From the NCBI GenBank assembly GCA_964247055.1, contig OZ176051.1, forward strand, positions 13,392,001 to 13,456,000: a stretch of DNA of 64,000 nucleotides. Direction: 5' to 3'. The position numbers and the translations under genes are program-made. The DNA comes from Paragordius varius (Eukaryota; Animalia; Nematomorpha). Each line of letters opens with the position of its first letter. Position 1 is the first letter of the stretch. This document shows positions 53,615-64,000 of this stretch, piece by piece. The notes under the pieces were generated by a model. That model was not told the origin of the DNA and did no database searches. It saw only the letters and a list, made by a program, of their open reading frames with translations.

Positions 53615-55953
53615 TAGGGTGACCAGACGTCCCGCGTTTGGCGGGACAGTCCCGCTTTTTCACGATTATATAAAAAAAAAATTTAAATATATTTAAATTT
53701 TTCATCATTAATTATTTTTTTTATCTATATCAATTTTTAATTAAATTTATTATTTTTATATACAAAATAATTATTATTGTTTTTGAATTTATGTTATATG
53801 ATTATACACTTTGCTTCCTACTCCTATTCCAACATTTTAAAAAACCAAATTAATACCACAAATGGGTAGTTTATACGTTTACTCCAGAAAATTAAGGTAA
53901 TAAAAAAATTTTTATACTTATATTTTAGTTATATTACCTGCCAACATTATCAAAAAGACAAATACCACAAATCGGTAGCTTATATGTTTACGACAGAAAA
54001 TTAAGGTAATATAATATTTTTTATGCTAATATTAGTTTAGATAATGAGTACAAAAAGAGGTTGTAACGAAGAATGAATCATTTGTTAAATGTTCTTTATG
54101 CGAGAAAGAATTCACCCTACTATGACGGCATGCATGATATTACAAAGCATATGGAAATACAGAAACATTAAAAGTGTTTATATGGCGGGATCATCTTACA
54201 ATATGAGCGATTTTTATCGAAAAACCGCTTTTGGAGAGGAAAAAAAGATTTTGGTACCAACGGAAGGCGTTTTATCTTTTCACGCCTTTAATCACAATCA
54301 TCCCTTTAGATCTATGGATTGCACATCACAGGTTATTCGTACCTTATTCAATAAAAAATTTACACGTGCCCGTACAAAGGCTGAAGCCATTGTATGCGAT
54401 GTCCTTTCGCCACATGCATTTTCTGAAATACAAAAAGCTTGCTGAAAATTAATTTCATATCGCTATACTCTGAAGCATCAAATCACAAGGAAACAAAATC
54501 ATTTCCCACTTTAATAAGATATTTTTATCCAAAAACCGGAGTAAAAATTAATATTTTAGATTTTATTTCGCTACCCGGTAAAAATTCTGACATCATTTTT
54601 ACTTCAATAATGAATATTCTGGAAAAAAATAATTTAAAAGACAAAATTATCGCATATTGAGCTGACAACACCAATACGAACTTCGGTGGAAAAGCAAGGA
54701 GGGGAACAAAAAATATTTTTATATATTAATCTTAATCACACATTATTGGCGTTGGGTGTGCAGCGCATATAATACACAACGCTATTCAAACAGCTGCTGA
54801 TTTGTTACCCCTAGATGTGGAAAATGTAGTTGTTAAAATATATTCCTATTTTCTTATATACACAATACGCGTTGAAACGCTTAAGGAATTCTAATGCAGA
54901 AGTTTAATATCAAAAAATGCTTGGAAATTGTAAAACTCGTTGGTTAGCTCTTCTGCCAGCTAAAAGAATTTTAAAAATGAATTATTCTTTAAATCCTTTT
55001 TTTTATCACAGGACAAATGTCCTACAACTTTGGAAAAGTTTTTTGAAAGTGATCCATCAAAAATATGGTTAGAATTTCTACACAATGTTTCTCTCTTTCA
55101 AGATGTTATGTTATTAAATTGATAGAAAGGTGACAAAATTTCGGCAATCGAAGTAGGCAATGAAGTTAGTAACCTAAAAATCCAATGTCAAGAAAGGGAA
55201 AATAATAATATACAATTAACCATCCGCGATATTATATATAAATTATAAATAAAAAGTTTAATAAATCGCCAAGATATCCTGTACCACATAAAAATGTTTT
55301 ATACAAACTGTAAAGCGTATTTGGAAGACTGAACGGTGCATATGAAATCGATCATTTTCATTGGATAACATTAAAACCAGAATTTAATTGGTGCGATCAA
55401 AAATCATTTAATCACATCTCCATCTCCCAAAACCCAAAATCTTTCAGAAAATGTTCTTTTTTCTGAAGTATCATTAGTTAGAAAATATATTAATAATGAA
55501 AAACTTTATGGACAACAGAAAAAAATACAGTAGAAAAGAAATGGTTAGAAATATTTCATTATTTTGAAACAAACTATGTTTCATACAATAGTTTTTTAAA
55601 AATTGTGAAATCACAATCTTTACCTGGAACCCACGCTTCTACTGAGCAGGTTTTTTCCACAGGTGTGGACATCGGAAAAATCAAATTTAAATGTTGAAAC
55701 TTTAAAGGCATTTGACAAATTCGTGTGAAGACTTCTGCAATATTATAAATGATGACAATCTTCTAAAACGCATTTACTCAAATAAAAAATATACCAAAGA
55801 ATAAAATAGTTTTTATATTTATAATGTATTTTGTTAAAAATAAATAAACATTACGATAAATTTTTTGTATAAAAATTTTTGGTTGTACCCACCCCCCATG
55901 CCCCCTTTCTCAGATTTGTCCCGCTTTTTCCTTTAAAAAATCTGGTCACCCTA
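53615..55953 (+). mobile_element. Full-length hAT (Blackjack-like) DNA transposon with disrupted transposase
   Basis: Perfect 13-bp TIRs TAGGGTGACCAGA / TCTGGTCACCCTA; perfect 8-bp TSD AGTATAGT (53607-53614, 55954-55961). Motifs ARTKAEAIV, EASNHK, ADNTNTNFGG, GVGCAAHIIHNA, KTRWLAL, LPGTHASTEQVFS, with stops and frameshifts. Confidence 0.95.
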
Positions 55954-56555
55954 AGTATAGTACACCTCACTTGTAAATAGTGAGAGTTGTTTTGCTTATA
56001 AATTAAACATCATACATTATCAAGTTTAGGTAGGGAAGCCAATATTTTTATGGTTTTCTAAATTATTGTCTTTAAGTTGATATATTTAAAATCCGATTCA
56101 GACAAATTCTAAAAGAAAGGTAGGTGAGCTTTCTAAAGTTGGATTTTGACCATATTATGCCTGTCCCGATTTACATAATCCATAGTGGCGGCGAAAACAT
56201 TTGAGACAAAAATTTTTTTACATTTAGGATTTATAAACCATGCTACAAAGCTTAGGATGCGTTTTTACCATTTTAATTGAATCCAGAATTTAGCATGCCT
56301 GAATTTAATGTTAAATAAAGATCTGATGAAATTAAAACTTATTGTCAAACAATCAAAAGTATTATAAACTTAATTAAATTAATTTTATATTTTTTTGTCA
56401 GTTTATCTATTTACCAAAATAATATGCTATGATTTGAGCGAGAGACACATGTTACATTTATAGTAGTAATTATTTAAAATCGCCTGGGGGGTGAACTACT
56501 TCAAAATAATAGGTGTTAATTAAGTAAAAAACTGTTAATTATATTTATCTTTTAT

Positions 56556-56762
56556 TTATTTTAGATTTTTATGTAAAATGATAGTATAACTCAGTAATAT
56601 ATTGAAAATTATATTTAAAAAAACAACACAATAGGAGGTTATACACATAGTCCCTGCGGCAAATACAAAAATTAAATCGATAATGCAATATTTACACAAA
56701 AATGGAAAAGCTATATACTCACAAAAACAAGCAAAAGCAGTGATTGCTCTAGCGATTATCAT
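56556..56762 (-). CDS. Tentative gene start with signal-peptide-like N-terminus (exon 56762-56723, 69-nt intron, exon from 56653)
   Basis: ATG, strong donor gtgagt and strong acceptor tttgccgcag give MIIARAITAFACFWTMCITSY...; downstream exons not identified. Confidence 0.4.
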   Translation of the reverse strand: MIIARAITAFACFCEYIAFPFLCKYCIIDLIFVFAAGTMCITSYCVVFLNIIFNILLSYTIILHKNLK

Positions 56763-57989
56763 ATTTTAATAACCAAAATCAAAAAAAAATATTAAATATA
56801 ATGTTAAATTGACTACAGATATGAGACCCGGGACATTCCAATTAGTTTTAGAACAGAAACAAAAGATAGACTAGATAAATTAGACAAAACAATAAAAATT
56901 TATTAATAAAGTGGCAAAAAAAGTGCAAAAGGTAAAGAGAGAGGATAAATAAATGGTAGAAAAGAGTTCATTGTAAAATATGTAATTGATTATGGTACCA
57001 ATATACATCTTTATTTTGTACTTTGGAGTTAAAACAATGAGTTTTATTTGAAATCAAGATTTGAATCGTGTGGTTGTATTTTAGCAAAATTATTTGTCTT
57101 TATATTTTTACGTTTTCTCCCTAGTATAATTTCAATTTTTACTATAAATGTTTAAGATCGTATGTCTGGCTGAAGTGCAGAGTTAAATATTTATGTCAAA
57201 TCGAATTCGTCAACCGCAAGTCAAATAATTATGTCGTAATAATGATTAAAAACACAAAACATACTGCCTTTTTTCCTTTTAGTCAGTTTTCAGTTTAATT
57301 CGTGTTAATAACATTTTACCGTTTTAACAAATGTTTAACATCGATATTTTGTACATATGCCTAGTAACAAATGCAGAAAACGAAAAAACAGGTAAGGTCG
57401 TGTTAAAAAAATAAAATTACAAAACCCATTTTGCGGCTTGTTAAAAATGTTAAACATCACGATTTTGCAATATGAAAAACTTAGGTTTAGTTCAACTCCT
57501 GAAACGTAAACTTTAAAAATGTTTAATTTTTATAAAATATAAGATTATGGTTAGAAATCAATTTTCCGAAAATACTCAAATTTTACTTTTGAACCAGTTC
57601 CTTTTGCACTCAGCAGGTTTTGATTTATAACCAAAATTTTAAGAATAAAAACTAGGAAAATATATCAAAATATATAAAAATTTTATCCATATTTAACTTA
57701 ATTTTGGATATCAGAATTAAATTTAATACAATAGATATATGTCAAAAATTTTAGGAGTTTTATTTAATTTTTGTATTAATTTGATAAATATATAAATATT
57801 TTTAGCGTTTCACAGTTTGGTTGGAGGCAAAATAAGATAATACATATTTTTTTATTTTTGGTATTTTGCATTTACTAAGGCGCTATAATCCCCATTTTTT
57901 TTCAAATTGTAACAGCCCGTCCTTAATTCTACTAGATAAATTAATTTTTACATATATTGATTTGTTAAAAAGGTCGATTATTTGCAAGA

Positions 57990-58910
57990 TTTTAAATAGT
58001 ACCTTTTTTCACATATTTCGGTTTTGGATTTAATTATTGATGTCAAATTTGAATTGGTGTCTTTGCAATATTTCTACCCACCTTTTCTTATTCGGCATTT
58101 AGTACGTGTACCGCATATTTTCTTATATCAAGTCCAATGAAGTAGATCTCATATTAAGGCCAAAGTGTTTAGTGCAAATGATGCCATGCAATTATATTAT
58201 TAAAAATTGTGTGGCCAGTTATTTTGATGACCAGGTTCTTTAAAGAAGGAAACCCATCCCATAATTTAAAATTAGTAGCCGCTCGTTGGGTTGTTTTCAG
58301 TGTCTTGCTTTCATTCTCATTAAAAAGGTTGTAAAAATAGTGCAATGGCGAGCTGAACTTCTTAAAATATAATGTAATTTAATTTTATAAGAAATTGTGG
58401 CAGTGTGTCAGATTCTATTAATCTCGAATATTATCATTACTTACCGAGTATTATGCAAATTTAATGTATTTAAATGAGATGAAATTGGATGCCTACTGTT
58501 ACCAACTTTGGAGTTAGATAATACTTTTGTTTTTGAGGGATTAATTAGACATATTCTCATTAATTAATTAATTGCATTAATCACTATACTATGTTTAAGT
58601 TGTTTGCCCCGATACCGTATCAACTGCATAGTACATGAAATTTAGAATAAGCATAGATATGTATACCAAATTGCATTACGGAATTTCTCATTATACTGAA
58701 GAATAGCGATAAAACGCGGTTCTGGCATAACCTCAGTGTTAATATAAAATACCATATCTTTTGAAAGTATATGAGTCAGAAAATTGAGAACGTATGGTGT
58801 TTAGATGCGTAACTCTTAATCGTTTGAGAATGCGAGATGATTGTGTTGAGACCGCTTTTGAGAAGTCGAAAACACCACATATAGATTTCCTCCTTATATA
58901 CTACATGTCA
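57990..58910 (-). mobile_element. CR1/L2-like LINE RT relic
   Basis: GVFDFSKAV, YAVDTV (YADDT-like), PLHY...LKTTQRAAT (VQRRAT-like); heavily disrupted. Confidence 0.65.
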
Positions 58911-58991
58911 TAATAATGGTTACTTTTTTGAATCCGCCCTGAGTATATAGGTATTATTGGTAAATTGAATTTATTAATAGGTTTAACACAA

Positions 58992-59185
58992 ACAATTTAA
59001 ATTTACCCTTGAACAATTCAAATTCACCCTTGAACAATTTAAATTCACCCCGAACGCTTCATATTCACCTAACAATTAAAACACCCTTGAACAATTTTAA
59101 TTCACCCTTAAAAAAATCAAATTTACCCTTAACGATTCATCACCTTCAATTAAAATTCATCCTCGAACATTCAAATTAACCCTAA
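58992..59185 (+). repeat. ~21-bp minisatellite (ACAATTTAAATTCACCCTTGA-like, ~9 degenerate units) with an inverted copy at ~59352-59390
   Basis: Units read directly; the reverse-complement unit CAGGGTGAATTTAAATTGT lies ~170 bp downstream. Confidence 0.85.
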
Positions 59186-60223
59186 AATAAATTATGTGTT
59201 TTTCTACGATTAAAAATTACCTATTTTGTTAAATATTATTAAGAAAAATAAATTTTGTTTAAAATTAAAATAAAACTGTAAAAAATAATAAACTTATATC
59301 TTAAAAATGATGAGTTATATTAACCAGAAATTCTTAATTTATTTTTGGGGATTTAAATTGTTCAGAATTGTTCAGGGTGAATTTAAATTGTATATGGTAT
59401 ATTTAAAATTAAAAATCGCCTTACACCTAAGACAAAGGTATATTGTTTACTTTGCAAAGGGAAACATCTTGTTGACTAAGGTAAGAGTATTTTGTTAGAT
59501 CCCATGGCTCGGAAATAATCATATTTACACACCTGGCTGCCAGATTGTCGGAATTAAAATACTTTTGGGTTTGGTTTAACCTGGCCTGACTCTATAATCT
59601 GAGACGGTGTAAGGGGCCAACATATTTGCCACATCTAGTGGAAGAAAGTCTTTTAATAATCTATTAATAATTAATTTGTATATGTGTACAAATAAAATGA
59701 GTATCAAATATATTGTGCAATCATGGGTTATTTCTAAATTATGAATAATTCGTATAATAGTTATTTTCTATGAGCGACATTTGTTGAAAATAATTGATGC
59801 TTGTTGAGTTTTATATTCTACTTACGTTTTGTTTTCCTTAAACAAAGTTCCAACAAACAAACCATTCATTTTAGTAAATTCTGGTCGTAAAGCTATATCT
59901 TATCTTGGCACTAAATCCCATGTTTATTCCAGCGCTTTCTCATAAGAGCAAACGCTATTTTCTAACAATTATAAAAATAAAAACTATTGAATATCTTTAC
60001 TTGATATATCACGAAATCTCTGATATTCTTCAGTTCCTAAAAATTATTTTACATAAATGTCATTACTTCCCAATCAAGGTTGCTATTAATGTTTTTGCAT
60101 TCTAAGGTTTTAGCCTTGGGTTCTCTGGAAGCGACATTATTTAAAATAAATAGGATTCGTAACATGCACAAATAATAAATATTTTAATTATAATATAATA
60201 CTTTATTATAATTTATGGTTATA

Positions 60224-61289
60224 CTAGCGTAAATCTCGTGCTGCTACGCAACCCGAGGAAGTCCTTCGGACTTCTGGGGGGGTTATTTGAAAAAAAGGAC
60301 AATAAAATGACCTACATATGTGGATTATTTCGAAACATTATTTAATAGCTATGATCTCATAGAAATCTTAAAACGGTGCATTCATACTAATTTATTGTTT
60401 ACTTGGGGGAAAAATAGATTTAAAAAATTATTTTTGTGGACTTTGTTTTTTGAAAAAATGGCATTTTACGGGGGGAGCGGGTAAAAAGAGGGCCTAAATC
60501 AAAAAAGTGACTCGACTATGTTCAGCGCAATCAAAAATAAGTAAACAAAAATCATATTTGAAATTGAATTGTCCAACACGTTGTCCAAAAAATTGATTTA
60601 ACCCATTTTTCACACGGGGTGGGCCCGAACTGGGGACCTAATTCCAAGAAAGGGCGAAGCTATTGTCGGGGCATTCCTTAATGATTATATTTTTTCGATA
60701 TTTGGATTTGAATGGGTTCTCCGGTTTCCGTAAACAGATCACAAAGTTACATAAGGAATCAGTTTTAAGCGGGTAGCTCCTTACCCAGCAGCTATCATCA
60801 AAGAAACGCCTGACTAAAATTTTTGCCTTTTAACAGGGAATACGTGGAATCCATATTGAATTTTTACGGTCTCATACGGTGGGCAAAAAAATACAATCAA
60901 AAAATTTTTTTTGTGGACTTTGTTTTTTGAAAAAGGTGGCATTTTACGGGGGGAGCGGGTAAAAAGAGGGCCTAAATCAAAAAAGTGACTCGACTATGTT
61001 TGGCGCAATCGAAAATAACTAAATAAAAATCATATTTGAAATTAAATAGTCCAAAACGTTCTCCGGAAAATTGTCTCAAAGGCACGATTTTTGTGGACTT
61101 CTGTTTTCAAAAAAAACCCGTTTTTCACACGGGGTGGGCCCGAACTGGGGCCTAATTTAAAAAAAGGGCGAAGCTATTGTCGGGGCATTAATTAATGATT
61201 ATATTTTTTCGATGTTAGGATTTGAATGGAGCTACCGGTTTTCCTGTACCAGATCACAAAGCCAGCATTTTCCATTTTTATAAATATAT
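60224..61289 (-). mobile_element. Non-autonomous Helitron H1 with ~480-bp internal duplication
   Basis: Minus strand ends with hairpin CTCGGGTTGC-GTA-GCAGCACGAG (60257-60235), then CTAG|T at 60224. The 5' end matches H2/H3 but lacks the TC. 60410-60750 is repeated at 60890-61260. Confidence 0.85.
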
Positions 61290-61739
61290 TACCTCTGAAT
61301 ATTAAAAAAGTTTACGGTAAAATTGAATAATATACGATTACAAGCAGGGCTTCAAACCTAAACAGAATCCAGAGTTCCTAAAAATTTAACAGAAACCGAT
61401 TCTGTTTGGTCGGAATATATCCGATTCTGATTCCACCATTTAGGAAGCATCCCGGTTTCATAATTTAATTTTATTATAACATTTTTCTGAACCATAATTT
61501 AATGTTATGTAAAACTTTTGTAAATTATAGATCATATTATAGGTTTTATATCCGATTGCAATATAACCATGTTATTGACAATTTTATGAATATCTATCTT
61601 TGCTTCAAGAAATTAATAGATATTAATATTTAAAAAAATGCATCATTTAAAACATTTGAAATCATATTAAATAAATCTAAACGTTTCCGACAACCATAAA
61701 AAATTGTAAAATCGCGAATTATTTAACGCCATAGTTATA

Positions 61740-61899
61740 TTAAATATGAAACATAGTTTGTATATTTATTTATTAGCCTACTATCGCAATTAGAAGTCAT
61801 AGTTTTCCTATCAAGCAATAGGCTTTAGAAATGTAATATATGACTTCTAATTGCGATGGTAGGCTAAGAAAAAATCCTCAAACTATGTTTCATATTTAA
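61740..61899. repeat. 160-bp near-perfect foldback hairpin
   Basis: Outer arms 61740-61760/61879-61899 perfect (21 bp); inner arms 61773-61801/61839-61867 (29 bp, one T:G); 37-nt loop. Confidence 0.9.
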
Positions 61900-62261
61900 C
61901 AATAAAAAATGTCCGTCGTCGCGGTATTATGTAAAATAGAAAAATGTAATAAATGTTTTCTATTTATACGACGTTTGATTGTTCTTTTGTTTATATAACC
62001 AATTAAATTGAATAAAATAATTTAAACCCAATTTTTCATCCAGAGAAAGGTTAATAAATTTAATCTCTAAAAATAAAACATTTAAGTATTAATGAGGTCA
62101 ACTTCGGTTACCCTAAGCTATCATATTGGATTCTAATGGCCTAGAAAAAATACGATTTCAAGTTAAGTTTTTTGTGCTTCAAAAAGATTTAATAATATCT
62201 CCATAGGCCCAAATACAGCTCCAGTGTCAGTAATTAAACGGAAAAAATGAATAACTTTAAA

Positions 62262-62522
62262 TATCAGCTATTTTTCAGCCAATAGCTACACTTTTTCAAC
62301 CAAACGCAACATTTTTTCAAGCAAAAACAACATTTTTAAGAAATCGCAACATTTTTTCAGTTGGTACGGTTGAAAAAATGTTGCGTTTGCTTGAAAAACT
62401 GTTGTCTTTGCTTAGAAGAATTGTTGTCTTAGCCTGATTAAATGTTGTCTTTAGGAAAACAATGCGTTTGCTTTAAAATTGTTGCGTTTGAAAGATGTTG
62501 CTTTTGACTGAAAAATGGTATA
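62262..62522. repeat. Foldback of head-to-head ~21-bp tandem arrays
   Basis: About 3 units AAACGCAACATTTTTTCAA face ~6-7 units TTGAAAAAATGTTGCGTTTGC around GGTACGG at ~62365; imperfect inverted termini. Confidence 0.8.
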
Positions 62523-62785
62523 CTTACGTGCCACAGGGGCCACAAGAGGCCCCAAAACTTATATTTTGGGCCTAAGATTTTACAAGTAAGATTTAATGTT
62601 AGTATATATTAGCGGTATTGGGGATCACAACAAGGATTTAGCCATTTAATTTAATGTAATACTTAATGAAACAATTTATGTGTTTAAAAAATATACTGGC
62701 CCGCAAATATTTTAAAGTGGTTTGAAAATTATTATTGTTGAGTACTATATACATTATATATCAGCAGGTTATTCATCATGTAATA

Positions 62786-64000
62786 CAGGGGTGTGCAACA
62801 GGGTACTCGCGAGCCACTAGTGGCTCATTTAAAATTTTGAGTGGCTCTTTGAAAATTTAAAAAAAAAAAATTTTAAAAAAAATAATTTCTAATTTTTTTT
62901 TAAAAATTTTATATGTAAACTATGCATTTTTATTTTGACATTTAAATAATTTTTAGAAACTTTTAACAAAATTCTTATTATAAATATCTATCATGGCATT
63001 CATAATCATTTATAAAACACATTTTTTCCTGCATACTATTTCCAACTTCAAGATGATAACTTTCACGTTAAATTATAACATTAAACTACTTTCAAAAATA
63101 GTTTAAAATAATTTATTTATTTAGCTTTCATACTAATACTGGGAATTATAATATGGGTCCATTGAAATATTGAAATACTTGCAAAAAATAGGTATTTAAA
63201 ATAATTTATTTAGCTTTCATATTAATACTGGGAATTATAATTAAGGTCCATTGAAAAATTAAATTACTTGCAAAAAATAGGTATCTAAAATAATTTATCA
63301 AATTTTCAACAAAGCGGAGTGCCTTATTTGCAAATTTACGACAAACGGGTTTCGCGAATATAATTTAAAAAGACATGCCAATACCCTGCATTTGGATTTT
63401 ATTAATATGACTACAGAAATGAAAATGATAAAATTAGAATCTTTAAAAAATATTAATAATCTCCAACCAACTATTTTCACGCAACCTTATCCAATAGTAA
63501 AGGTAAGTTATATTGTTGCCAATTTACTCGCCAAAAAAATGAAACCTTATTCTGATGGTGAGTTTGTAAAAGAATGCGTCTGGAAATTATAAAATGTGTT
63601 TTGCCTAATAAAGTTGAATTAATATTCTTTATTCGAGGGATAGATGAATTTTTTAATATAACAGAAGATATGTTAGGCTTACTTCCGATGAAAAAAACAA
63701 CTAAGGGAGATGGTATGTTTCATGCAATTTAAAAATGTATTGACAATAAATTAAATATGAGGGCGCTATCTTGTTTGAACAGATGGTGCCTTAGCTATGA
63801 TGGGAAAAAACAAGGGAACCGTGAAATTTATATAAGATGGATTCCGATGGTATTAATATTGACCATATATATATAATGCATTGCATGATTCACCGTGAAA
63901 ATCTCTGCGCACATGCTCTGACAATGGACACCGTTGTTATTAAAGTAGTTAATTTTATAAAATCTCATGCTTTTAAGCATAGGCGGCTTAAGGAGTTATT
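62786..64000 (+). mobile_element. hAT transposon (Charlie/SPIN, GTF2IRD2-like transposase relic), runs off the window
   Basis: Left end CAGGGGTGTGCAAC; ~90-bp direct duplication at 63105-63295; KVSYIVANLLAKKMKPYSDGEFVKEC, FIRGIDE...LLPMKKTTKG, TDGALAMMGKKQG; disrupted. Confidence 0.88.

Noticed and set aside
58170-58360. 63-codon open frame after a good acceptor on minus
   Set aside because: Contains TQRAAT and lies in line with RT motifs at 58600-58900; CR1/L2 C-terminus.
57357-59640. Strong donors at 57392 and 59481 with short peptides (MPSNKCRKRKNR; QRYIVYFAKGNILLTK)
   Set aside because: Can be chained only into a ~39-aa product with no recognisable feature; too weak without RNA data.

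Overview
Very AT-rich eukaryotic (animal-like) genomic DNA, mostly decayed transposons. Most supplied ORFs are transposon debris or AT-rich noise. Transposon content: four RTE-like LINE relics, one CR1/L2-like relic, four to five Ty3/gypsy pol fragments (two closely related and inverted), a Penelope-like element, hAT transposons and MITEs (several with clear 8-bp TSDs), and non-autonomous Helitrons carrying ~160-bp tandem repeats. By reading splice sites and phases I assembled two spliced host genes that the ORF track misses. The first is a + strand gene (10670-18156, 5' end not found) encoding a Cys-rich module, a Thr/Ser/Pro mucin-like segment and a ~100-aa Arg-rich tail with no acidic residues. 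The second is a - strand 3-exon, 131-aa divergent profilin-like gene (39971-41571). Also found: two hammerhead-ribozyme-like motifs (52613-52663 +, 15755-15800 -), a ~3.5-4 kb inverted duplicated block flanking the profilin-like gene, and weaker exon candidates. Everything was read by eye; no searches, alignments or folding programs were run, and boundaries marked ~ are approximate.
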